Positions 41,001 to 50,500 of a stretch of DNA of 64,000 nucleotides are shown here, piece by piece. This DNA comes from Callorhinchus milii. Its lineage: Eukaryota. Below the pieces are notes generated by a model. The model searched no databases and had not been told where the DNA came from. It was given only the letters and a program-made list of their open reading frames with translations. Each line of letters begins with the position of its first letter. Positions within the stretch are counted from its first letter, which is position 1. Location: positions 26,414,001 to 26,478,000 of the forward strand of contig NW_024704742.1 in NCBI RefSeq assembly GCF_018977255.1, read 5' to 3'. Both the position numbers and the translations under genes were made by a program.

Positions 41001-43769
41001 GGGGGGGGGCACGAAGCAGGCCAGTGCCTGCCAAGCGGAGGGAGCGGGCGTCACACACCTCACAAGCTGAAACCCTCACCGACGCAATCATTAGCTGCCG
41101 CCATGATTTTTCCAATGCACAATATCTGCCCAGCTCACCGATCCACAAAGTCCAACGAATTCAAAACTTCACCAGCCGTACGTACACTCATCCGCTCTAA
41201 ACTCCGTACCCCCCATCACACCAATTCTCGCTCCCTATCACAGAACGGATCAACTTCAAGATCCTCACACACGTCTACAAACCCCCTCATGCCCTGGCAC
41301 CTCCCTCCCTCTCCGACCTGTTTACTCCCCTAACCCATTACCCGTTGCCCCTGTCCAGCTGGCTCAGGCCACCTGCTTGTCCCTCATCCCCTCCGCTCCA
41401 CCATCGCCGGCTGCGATTTCAGTCGCTGCAGGACTCTCTCCCTCCATCTTGACCCCCTCCTTCCCCTCCGTTAGATCGCGACTGAAGACCTTCCTTTTTC
41501 GACCTCCTCCCTCTCGCCGGCTCGGCGTCAGCATCCACCACCGTTAAACGCTCCGACCCACTGCCCCGCGTGAGGGTTTCATAGAAATAAGCTGTTGCTG
41601 CTGCATTTATTTACACGGTCACCTTCACGCGAAGCTCTGCCCGGAAGCAAATGTCTCGTTAACTTCCCCGGTGAGCAGCGGCGCAGACGCTCTCTGCGCG
41701 GAGGGATCTCACAAACGTTTCACCCACAAATATACGGTCACTACACTGCGAAGCGCTACTCTCGAAGACGTGATGAGGCGCGATGTCAAATGTCAGGTCT
41801 CACCCTCAGGCCACTGTGTGGGGGGGAGGGGGGGGTCTCACCCTCGGGCCACTGTGTGGGGGGGGTCTCACCCTCAGGCCGCTGTGTGGGGGGTCTCACC
41901 CTCAGGCCGCTGTGTGGGGGGAGGGGGGGTCTCACCCTCAGGCCGCTGTGTGGGGGGGAGGGGGGTCTCACCCTCAGGCCGCTGTGTGGGGGGAGGGGGG
42001 TCTCACCCTCAGGCCGCTGTGGGGGGGGTCTCACCCTCAGGCCGCTGTGTGGGGGGGGGGTCTCACCCTCAGGCCGCTGTGGGGGGGGGGGGTCTCACCC
42101 TCAGGCCGCTGTGGGGGGGGGGGGTCTCACCCTCAGGCCGCTGTGGGGGAGGGGGTCTCACCCTCAGGCCGCTGTGGGGGGGGGGGTCTCACCCTCAGGC
42201 CGCTGTGGGGGGGGGTCTCACCCTCAGGCCGCTGTGGGGGGGGGGTCTCACCCTCAGGCCGCTGTGGGGGGGGGGTCTCACCCTCAGGCCGCTGTGTGGG
42301 GGGGAGGGGGGGGGGTCTCACCTCAGGCCGCTGTGGGGGGGAGGGGGGGGGGTCTCACCCTCAGGCGCTGTGTGGGGGGTCTCACCCTCAGGCCGCTGTG
42401 TGGGGGAGGGGGGGGGGTCTCACCCTCAGGCCGCTGTGTGAGGGGGTCTCACCCTCAGGCCGCTGTGTGGGGGGGAGGGGGGGGTCTCACTCTCAGGGCA
42501 CTGTGTGGGGGGGAGGGGGGGGGGTCTCACCCTCAGGCCGCTGTGTGGGGGGGAGGGGGGGTCTCACTCTCAGGGCACTGTGTGGGGGGAGGGGGGGTCT
42601 CACCCTCAGGCCGCTGTGTGGGGGGGTCTCACCCTCAGGCCGCTGTGTGGGGGGGTCTCACCCTCAGGCCGCTGTGTGGGGGGGAGGGGGGGGGTCTCAC
42701 CCTCAGGCCGCTGTGTGGGGGGGGAGGGGGGGCGTCTCACTCTCAGGGCACTGTATGGGGGAGGGGGGGTCTCACCCTCAGGCTGCTGTGTGGGGGGGAG
42801 GGGGGGGGGTCTCACTCTCAGGCCGCTGTGTGGGGGGGAGGGGGGGGGGTCTCACCCTCAGGCCGCTGTGTGGGGGGGGAGGGGGGGGGTCTCACTCTCA
42901 GGGCACTGTATGGGGGGAGGGGGGATCTCACCCTCAGGCCGCTGTGTGAGGGGGTCTCACCCTCAGGCCGCTGTGTGGGGGAGGGGGGGGTCTCACCCTC
43001 AGGCCGCTGTGTGGGGGGGAGGGGGGGGGTCTCACCCTCAGGCCGCTGTGTGGGGGGTCTCACCCTCAGGCCGCTGTGTGGGGGGTCTCACCCTCAGGCC
43101 GCTGTGTGGGGGGAGGGGGGGGGTCTCACTCTCAGGCACTGTGTGGGGGAGGGGGGGGGTCTCACCCTCAGGCCGCTGTGTGGGGGAGGGGGGGGGGTCT
43201 CACTCTCAGGGCACTGTGTGGGGGGAGGGGGGGGGTCTCACCCTCAGGCCGCTGTGTGTGTGTGTGGGGCTGTGGGGGGTCTCGGCCTCACTGTACCTCT
43301 CCTGACCGTCCACATGCTCCAGGGACACGGTCACGGGGACGCACTCAATGAAGGAGCCGCCGCCGCCTCCTCCTCCTCCTCCTCCCGCCGCTGCCGCTGC
43401 TCCTCGGCCGCCGCCGCCCGAGGCCCTCACTGCTGCCCCCGCGGTACCGGCAGCGCCCGGCGCCTCCCTCCCCGGACCCGCGCGGAGCGGGGACAGCGTG
43501 AGCTCAGCGGCCGCCGGTCCGGCCCGACCCCGGGCCCTCAGCGGCTCCCCGGGGCCCCCGGACCCACCCCCGGGGCCCCCGGACCCACCCCCGGGGCCCC
43601 CGGACCCACCCCGGGGCCTCCGGACCCAGACCCGGGGCCTCCGGACCCAGACCCGGGGCCTCCGGACCCAGAGCCCCCGGACCCGCCCCGGACCCACCCC
43701 GGGGCCCCCGGACCCACCCCCGGGGCCCTCGGACCCGCGGCCGCCTCCGCCTCCCGCAGCCGCCGCCAT
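20061..43769 (-). CDS. HMG20-family (HMG20A/HMG20B/BRAF35-like) HMG-box + matrin/U1-type C2H2 zinc finger + coiled-coil protein; complement(join 43297-43769,39489-39580,37831-38003,30342-30421,29580-29703,29100-29226,28234-28292,26955-27063,24992-25177,23893-23984,22829-22958, then 21407-21459 or 20061-20089)
   Basis: Eleven consecutive GT-AG exons join in phase (2,1,0,2,0,1,0,1,1,0,1) with no internal stop. The HMG20 signature is present: [67 protein letters not shown]. Confidence 0.88.
21405..21459 (-). CDS. HMG20-like gene exon 12 (candidate cassette exon with stop at 21407-21409)
   Basis: ttctag|GAAAT...TAAAG|gtaagt; [17 protein letters not shown]. Confidence 0.65.
21716..22021 (-). mobile_element. 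Older SINE subfamily copy
   Basis: Reverse-complement similarity to 13587-13943. Confidence 0.8.
22829..22958 (-). CDS. HMG20-like gene exon 11 (coiled coil)
   Basis: tttcccag|AATCGG...AGTG|gtatgt; [43 protein letters not shown]. Confidence 0.88.
23485..23780 (-). mobile_element. Same SINE family, 5'-truncated or diverged
   Basis: Tail and body similarity. Confidence 0.85.
23893..23984 (-). CDS. HMG20-like gene exon 10 (coiled coil)
   Basis: ccctgcag|TAAGA...GAAG|gtaaat; [31 protein letters not shown]. Confidence 0.9.
24992..25177 (-). CDS. HMG20-like gene exon 9
   Basis: aaacag|GAGAG...AAAT|gtaagc; [19 protein letters not shown]...[15 protein letters not shown]. Confidence 0.88.
25378..25730 (-). 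mobile_element. Older SINE subfamily copy
   Basis: Reverse-complement similarity to 13587-13943. Confidence 0.85.
26133..26454 (-). mobile_element. Same SINE family, full length, inserted into the head of a DeuSINE-type element
   Basis: Reverse-complement copy; the host element resumes after about 26460. Confidence 0.92.
26955..27063 (-). CDS. HMG20-like gene exon 8 (matrin/U1-type C2H2 zinc finger)
   Basis: aagcag|GATGAT...ACCG|gtaaag; [36 protein letters not shown] = C-x2-C-x12-H-x5-H. Confidence 0.92.
28234..28292 (-). CDS. HMG20-like gene exon 7 (acidic linker)
   Basis: atcag|GTGTG...GAT|gtgagt; [20 protein letters not shown]. Confidence 0.85.
28519..28805. mobile_element. Tigger/pogo-type MITE
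   Basis: Imperfect TIRs CAGTAGGAACCAGTTAC / GTAACAGGGTTCTACTG, with TA on the left side. Confidence 0.55.
29100..29226 (-). CDS. HMG20-like gene exon 6 (HMG box helix 3)
   Basis: [42 protein letters not shown]; donor GTG|gtaagc. Confidence 0.95.
29580..29703 (-). CDS. HMG20-like gene exon 5 (HMG box)
   Basis: [41 protein letters not shown]; donor CAG|gtgaga. Confidence 0.95.
30342..30421 (-). CDS. HMG20-like gene exon 4 (basic NLS-like segment and start of HMG box)
   Basis: ctcag|AAACGA...CAGG|gtaagg; [27 protein letters not shown]. Confidence 0.93.
35560..36135 (-). mobile_element. CR1-clade LINE fragment: end of ORF1 (esterase-like GLHLN) and start of ORF2 AP-endonuclease
   Basis: [36 protein letters not shown] motif in ORF 35692-35982; KGLHLNRAG just upstream. 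Confidence 0.85.
37831..38003 (-). CDS. HMG20-like gene exon 3
   Basis: tttttgcag|TGTCT...CCAAAG|gtattc; [10 protein letters not shown]...KDLENDEPK. Confidence 0.8.
39489..39580 (-). CDS. HMG20-like gene exon 2
   Basis: tttttattccag|AATAG...GCAG|gtaatg; [30 protein letters not shown]. Confidence 0.8.
41796..43290 (+). repeat. G-rich minisatellite, core GGTCTCACCCTCAGGCCGCTGTGTG plus variable G tract, about 40 copies, in intron 1 of the HMG20-like gene
   Basis: Seen directly. Confidence 0.97.
43297..43769 (-). CDS. HMG20-like gene exon 1 (Gly/Ala/Pro-rich N-terminus)
   Basis: ATG at 43769 in a CpG-rich island; [10 protein letters not shown]...[19 protein letters not shown]; the phase-2 donor GAG|GTACAG fits exon 2. 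The internal 21-bp repeat may hide indels. Confidence 0.7.
43545..43736 (+). repeat. 21-bp GC-rich coding tandem repeat (GGSGGPG-like) inside exon 1 of the HMG20-like gene
   Basis: CCCCGGGGCCCCCGGACCCA-type units seen directly. Confidence 0.9.
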
Positions 43770-43830
43770 CTGCACCGCCTCCGAGATCTCAGCCGCAACA
43801 CATCGCGAGATTCCACACCGGAAACCCCCC
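43760..43830 (-). promoter_or_regulatory. Housekeeping-type CpG promoter motifs of the HMG20-like gene: YY1-like AGATGGCGGC over the ATG, CGCG/BANP-like TCTCGCGATG (43801-43810), ETS-core CCGGAA
   Basis: Motifs read directly from the sequence; function inferred from known vertebrate CpG-island promoter grammar. Confidence 0.5.
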
Positions 43831-44400
43831 CCTCCCGGGGGGAGAGAGGGAGAGATTCCACACCGGAAACCCCCCCCTCCCGGGGGGAGAGAGGGAGAGA
43901 TTCCACACCGGAAACCCCCCCCCGGGGGAGAGAGGGAGAGATTCCACACCGGAAACCCCCCCCGGGGGGAGAGAGGGAGAGATTCCAGACCAGGACCCCC
44001 CGGGGAGAGAGAGGGAGAGATTCCAGACCAGGACCCCCGGGGGGAGAGGGAGAGATTCCAGACCAGGACCCCCCGGGGGGGAGAGAGGGAGAGATTCCCG
44101 ACCAGGACCCCCGGGGGGAGAGAGGGAGAGATTCCAGACCAGGACCCCCCGGGGGGAGAGAGGGAGAGATTCCAGACCAGGACCCCCGGCGGGAGAGAGG
44201 GAGAGATTCCCGACCAGGACCCGGGGGGAGAGAGGGAGAGATTCCAGACCAGGACCCCCGGCGGGAGAGAGGGAGAGATTCCCGACCAGGACCCGGGGGG
44301 AGAGAGGGAGAGATTCCAGACCAGGACCCCCGGGGGGAGAGAGGGAGAGATTCCAGACCAGGACCCCCGGGGGGGAAACAGCGAGCGATAGATTCCACAC
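43806..44400 (+). repeat. Promoter minisatellite of about 40-47 bp (GGGGAGAGAGGGAGAGATTCC...CCCC)
   Basis: Seen directly; proximal units contain ACCGGAAAC and distal units GACCAGGAC. Confidence 0.95.
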
Positions 44401-44663
44401 CAATCACAAAAAATAAAAAAAAACAACCATAAATTGCATTTATATCGGGCATTTCAAGTCAGAAGAACGCCCTAAGATAATAAACACGGCACTGTTTTGT
44501 GTTTTGAGATTTTTCTGACTTTATTGGGTTTCGATTTGTTTTAAACACAATTGCGGACAGAGAACACACCGAACCCCATCTCCCCAGCAATCACCTCACA
44601 GCGGACACACAACATGGGCTGTACAACCAGGGACATGCATATAACAATAAAAAATTACACTTC

Positions 44664-44981
44664 ATAATAATAATAATCCTTGCATTTGATATAGCGCTCT
44701 TCACGTCGGGAGGACGTCCCAAAGCGCTTCACAGAACACACTGTAAAGTGAATTGACTATATTTGTGGGCGAACGCGGCAGCCAATTGCGCACAGCAATG
44801 TCCCACAAACAGTCGTGGATTGAAAATGACCAATTTATTATTGTTTTTTTTTGGAGGGATTATTATTAGGCTCTGTGTGGAGTAAGGAAACTTGCCCAAG
44901 GTTTCGCCCTCTGCCTGGAATTGAACTCAGGTCTCTCACTTGCAAAGCGAGTGCTCTAACCACTGAGCTACAGGACTCCAC
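44664..44981 (-). mobile_element. Same SINE family, full length
   Basis: Reverse complement of 54004-54328. Confidence 0.92.
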
Positions 44982-44989
44982 AAATAACG

Positions 44990-45555
44990 AGGCTCTCCTA
45001 AATGACTCCCGTCAGCGCCTCCTCACCTCGGGCGCTGACAGCATCACCATCCACGGTTGCACACTCCACCTCACTGAGCCAGTCCGGGACCTTGGGGTCT
45101 TGTTTGACCCTCAAATATCCTTTCTACCCCACATCTCCGCCATGACCCGCTCTGCCTTCCCCCACCTCCGCAACGTCGCCCGACTCCACCACTGACTCAT
45201 ACCGTGGGCCGCCGAAACCCTCGTACACACATTCATAACATCCAGGTTTGACTACGCGAACTCCCCGCTTGTCACCCCCATCCCTGCCCGGCTTCCCATC
45301 ACACAGAGGATACAGTTCAATATCCTGGTCCTCACCTTCAAAGCCCTCCGTGGCCTTGCTCCCTCCTACCTCTGCAACCTCCGAACCCCCTACCAACCTG
45401 CCAACTCACTCCGCTCAGCGGGTTCCTGTCCGCTTGCGCCCTCACCCTCCCCAACATGGGCGGCCAGGCCTTCAGCCAGTCTGCCCCCACCCTCGGGAAC
45501 TCCATTCCACACAATCCCTCTGCCTCGAGCTGTACAAATGTTGTTTTGTCGTTGT
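44990..45555 (+). mobile_element. L2 LINE 3' fragment
   Basis: VRDLGVLFDPQISFLPHI motif and L2 3' end. Confidence 0.85.
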
Positions 45556-45741
45556 TTTGGAGCCTTTCACGTCGGGAGGACGTTCCAAGGCGCGGGACAG
45601 TCAAGGGTTTCCACCCGAGCTGGGGGTTGGGATCGGGAGGGGTGGAGGGCAGGGAGGGTGATGGTGGGGGGGGGGGGGGGGCGACCAAAGGAAGAGGAAG
45701 GTCTTGAGATGGTCCTTGAAGTGGAGTGGAGAGATGGAGCT

Positions 45742-47228
45742 GGGCTGTGAGTGGCAGTGGAGGGGGTGGGGCTGTGAGTGGCAGTGGAGGGGGTGGGGCT
45801 GTGAGTGGCAGTGGAGGGGGTGGGGCTCTGAGTGGCAGTGGAGGGGGTGGGGCTGTGAGTGGCAGTGGAGGGGTGGGGCTGTGAGTGGCAGTGGGGGGGT
45901 GGGGCTGAGCTGTGAGTGGCAGTGGAGGGGTGGAGCTGAGCTGTGAGTGGCAGTGGAGGGGTGGGGCTGAGCTGTGAGTGGCAGTGGAGGGGGTGGAGCT
46001 GAGCTGTGAGTGGCAGTGGAGGGGGTGGGGCTGAGCTGTGAGTGGCAGTGGAGGAGGTGGGGCTGAGCTGTGAGTGGCAGTGAAGGGGGTGGGGCTGGGC
46101 TGTGAGTGGCAGTGGAGGGGGCGGGGCTGAGCTGTGAGTGGGGGGGACTGAGCTGTGAGTGGCAGTGGAGGGGGTGGGCTGAGCTGTGAGTGGCAGTGGA
46201 GGGGGTGGAGCTGAGCTGTGAGTGGCAGTGGAGGGGGTGGGGCTGAGCTGTGAGTGGCAGTGGAGGGGGTGGGGGGGGTGAGTGGCAGTGGAGGGGGTGG
46301 GCTGAGCTGTGAGTGGCAGTGGAGGGGGTGGAGCTGAGCTGTGAGTGGCAGTGGAGGGGGTGGAGCTGAGCTGTGAGTGGCAGTGGAGGGGGTGGAGCTG
46401 AGCTGTGAGTGGCAGTGGAGGGGGTGGAGCTGAGCTGTGAGTGGCAGTGGAGGGGGTGGGGCTGAGCTGTGAGTGGCAGTGAGGGGGGTGGGGGCGTGAG
46501 TGGCAGTGGAGGGGGTGGAGCTGAGCTGTGAGTGGCAGTGGAGGGGGTGGAGCTGAGCTGTGAGTGGCAGTGGAGGGGGTGGAGCTGAGCTGTGAGTGGC
46601 AGTGGAGGGGGTGGAGCTGAGCTGTGAGTGGCAGTGGAGGGGGTGGAGCTGAGCTGTGAGTGGCAGTGGAGGAGGTGGAGCTGTGAGTGGCAGTGGAGGG
46701 GGTGGAGCTGAGCTGTGAGTGGCAGTGGAGGAGGTGGAGCTGTGAGTGGCAGTGGAGGGGGTGGAGCTGAGCTGTGAGTGGCAGTGGAGGGGGTGGAGCT
46801 GAGCTGTGAGTGGCAGTGGAGGGGGTGGAGCTGAGCTGTGAGTGGCAGTGGAGGGGGTGGGGCTGAGCTGTGAGTGGCAGTGGAGGGGGTGGAGCTGAGC
46901 TGTGAGTGGCAGTGGAGGGGGTGGAGCTGAGCTGTGAGTGGCAGTGGAGGGGGTGGAGCTGAGCTGTGAGTGGCAGTGGAGGGGGTGGAGCTGAGCTGTG
47001 AGTGGCAGTGGAGGGGGTGGAGCTGAGCTGTGAGTGGCAGTGGAGGGGTGGGCTGAGCTGTGAGTGGCAGTGGGGGGGGTGGAGCTGAGCTGTGAGTGGC
47101 AGTGGAGGGGTGAGCTGTGAGTGGCAGTGGAGGAGGGGGCTGTGAGTGGCAGTGGAGGTGGTGGGGCTGTGAGTGGCAGTGGAGGGGGTGGGGCTGTGAG
47201 TGGCAGTGGGGCTGTGAGTGGCAGTGGA
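45742..47228 (+). repeat. 32-bp minisatellite GAGCTGAGCTGTGAGTGGCAGTGGAGGGGGTG immediately upstream of WFS1
   Basis: Unit period measured at 46331 to 46363. Confidence 0.97.
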
Positions 47229-47375
47229 GCGGCAGTGCGGAGAGGAGGGGGAGGACCTGCGCGTTGTTGTCGTTGTTGTTTTTTTTGTTTTTTTAAAAAA
47301 AAACACATATATAACTTTCGCCGAAAAAAAAAGGAGAGACTTTTTTTCCGGGAAACCGGGACCCGAGGGCTGGAG

Positions 47376-47572
47376 ATGGAGCCCCAACACCAGGACCAGC
47401 ACCAGCCCCAGGCCAGTGCCAGTGCCAGTGCCGGGCAAGTCACAGCTGAATGCCGGGGGGGCGCCGCCCGCACAGAGCTCCGCACCGCCCGCACAGAGCC
47501 CCGCACCCGCACCGCCCCCCGGGAGCCCCGCACCCGCACCGCCCCCCGGGAGCCCCGCACCCGCACCGCACG
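47376..47572 (+). CDS. WFS1: WFS1 first coding exon (apparent +1 frameshift after codon 3)
   Basis: ggagATGGAG is a good Kozak context. Deleting one C gives [28 protein letters not shown]...PAPH, which ends phase 1 at donor CG|GTCAGT and matches the phase-1 start of the next exon. Confidence 0.75.
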
Positions 47573-50500
47573 GTCAGTGACTGTGGGGGTCGACCGCTCT
47601 CTCGCCCGTCTTCTGCAAATCCCCGGTTTTATACACAGTCGTGTTGACGGTCACCTCCTCTCTCCTCTCTCTCTCCCCCCCTCCTCTCTCCTCTCCCCCT
47701 CTCCCCTCTCCCCTCCCTCCTCCTCTCCCCCCCTCTCCCCTCTCCCTCCCCCCACCTGTCTCCCCCTCTCCCCCTCTCCCCTCCCCCTCCCCCTCTCCCC
47801 TCCCCTCTCCCCCCCCTGTCTCCCCCTCTCCCCCCCCCCTGTCTCCCCCTCTCCCCTCTCCTCTCCCTCCCTCTCCTCTCCCCCACCTCTCCCCTCCTCT
47901 CCCTCTCTCCCCTCTCCCCTCCTCCTCTCCCTCTCTCCCCTCCTCCTCTCCCCTCTCCTCTCCTCTCCTCTCCCCTCTCTCCTCTCCTCTCCCCTCTCCC
48001 CTCCCCCTCCACCTCTCCCCTCTCCCCCCCACCACCTGTCTCCCCCTCTCCCTCACCCCCTCTCTCTCTCTCTCTCCCCCCCACCACCTCTCTCCCCCTC
48101 TCCCCCCACCACCTCTCTCTCTCCCCCCACCAACTGTCTCCCCCTCTCCCCTCACCCCCCCTCTCCCTCCTCTCCCCCACCTCTCCCTCCCTCTCCTCCC
48201 CCACCTCTCCCTCTCTCCCCCCACCACCTCTCTCCCCTCCCCTCTCCCTCTCCCCCCCACCACCGGTCTCCCCCTCTCCCCTCACCCCCCCTCTCCCCTC
48301 CTCCTCTCCCCCCCCTCTCTCCCCTTCACCCCCAACCCCTCTCTCCCCCTCTCCCCTCCCCCCCCCTCTCTCCCCCCCATCCTCTCTCTCCCCTTCCCCC
48401 TCCCTTCTCTACCTCCCTCTCTCCCTTCCCCCTCCCCTTACTCCCCTACCCCCCTCTCCCTTTCCCCTCCTCTCCCCCCCCCTCCCCTCTCTCCCCTTCC
48501 CCCTCCCTTCTCTACCTCCCTCTCTCCCTTTCCCCCCCCCTTACTCCCCTCCCCCCTCTCCCTTTCCCCTCTCTCTCCCCCACCCCTCCTCTCTCTCCCC
48601 TTCCCCCTCCCTTCTCTCCTCCCTCTCTCCCTTTCCCCCTCCCCTTACTCCCCTCCCCCCCTCACTCCCCTGCCCCTCTCTCCCCCCCCCCCCACCCATC
48701 TCCCCTTGTTGAGCGAGGCTGCAAGGTACCCCCAACGCCCCAGCGCTTGCTTCCCGTAGCCACCAACGCGTGCGCTTAAGGTTGTGTGAAAGGTGCTATA
48801 GAAATGCAAGTTGTTTATTTGTGTGTCGGAGCCTTTGGTCACCCTCCCCGCCCTCCACCCCTGTTGATCCCGTTTCCCCCTGTTCGGGTGCAAATCCCTG
48901 ACTGTCCAGCACCTTGGGACGTCCTCCCGATGTGGAAGGTGCTATTAGAAATGTCATGTGTTGTTGGTGTTATCATTCCTCCCCCTACCTCTTTTAACGC
49001 ACTTGCGCCTCTTTGGCCAGGACTGGGGTGGGAATACTGCAGTTAATGCTTGCGGCAAACTGTGGTCATCTCCTAAAAGTAAGGTGGAGTCCTGTAGCTC
49101 GGTGGTTAGAGCACTCGCGTTGCAAGTGAGAGACCTGCGTTAAATTCCAGACAGGGCGAAACCTTGGGCAAGTTTCCTTACTCCACACAGAGCCTAATAA
49201 TAATCCCTCGAAAACAAAACAATAATAAATTGGTCATTTTCAATCCACGACTGTTTGCGGGACACTGCTGTGCGCAATTGGCTGCCGCGTTCGCCCACAA
49301 ATATACAGTCAATTCACTTTACAGTATATTCTGTGAAGCGCTTTGGGACGTCTAGAAGCCGTGAAAAGCGCTATATCAAATGCAAGGATTATTATCATTA
49401 AGGTGACCATATTTTGATAACAAACTCCAGAGGCATATACGTGTATGTGAAAAAAAATCTAATTTGACACACTTCCTGATGCTGGCAGCGCTGGAGAAGC
49501 TTGTCAGATTAATGGCTTATATTTCTCTGGCGAGTGGATCTGTTTTAGAATGTTATTTTTCTTGCTCAGATTGTGGTTGAATTGAAGACAGTGCAAATAC
49601 AGCCCTAGGAACGCAATGCCTCATCTGGGGACTGTCCCCGGAAATCGGGGACGTAGGGTCAGCCTATCCTAAATCGCTCGCCGGTGAGCAGCAATCCGAG
49701 TGTCCTCGCCGGGTAATGCCATTTAGCAAACCGTTTAACTCGAGGAGCAGTATCTTTGTATCATGGAGATCTTTGTATCTCCATGGCCTCGCCCCACTCT
49801 ACCTTTGCGACCTCCTAACCCCCTACCAACCCGCCCGTTCCCTCCGCTCAGCCTACTCCGGCCTGCTCCATGTCCCCCGAACCACCATTGGCGGGAGAGC
49901 CTTCAGCCACTCTGTCCCCAACCTCTGGAATTCCTTCCCCCAGTCACTACCTCGCCCCCTCCTTAGCCTCCTTCATTTCCCGCCTCAAAACCCTCCCCTT
50001 CGACCATGCCATCGGCCACCCCCCTTCCCCTCCCCTCCCTTCTCACCCCCTGACCCCAGCTCGGGTCTGAAATGCTTTACACTGACCAGCGCCTTGGGAC
50101 GTCCTCCCAAGGCGCTATACAAATGTAATCTTCTTGTTGTTTGTGTTGATCTGCAATTTTATTAACCCTCTTGAGATCCAACTGCAGTGAGTGTGGTCTA
50201 TTGGCAGCATATTGCAGAGCCTCAACATGCATTACAACAAATTGGCGAGCCAGCCAGGAGGTTGACAAATTTACTTGACACCCACATTATTTTCAAATGT
50301 GGGTTTTATTAAGGTTTGAACAGATAAATCAGCTACAGTGTATACCTTATACAGATATACTAGGCAACAGACAGAATCCAAATCATATTACCCACTACTC
50401 CTCTTTCACTTTTAATGGTCATTTTCTTACTGGAGGTAAATTCCCTCACCCCTGTATGTATTTGTGTATCGATATCGATTCCACTGGAAAGTGCTCTGAC

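Noticed and set aside
41796..43290. CRISPR-like repeat/spacer appearance
   Set aside because: The spacers are only variable G runs, the context is eukaryotic, and there are no cas genes.
41595..44432. 945-aa plus-strand ORF and overlapping ORFs
   Set aside because: Made of minisatellite units and the antisense of the GC-rich exon 1; no domain content.
45338..48779. 742, 623 and 552-aa Pro/Ser-rich ORFs (extensin- or mucin-like)
   Set aside because: Artefacts of the 32-bp VNTR and the C/T tract. The MEPQHQDQ frame lacks the wolframin motif and has the wrong splice phase.
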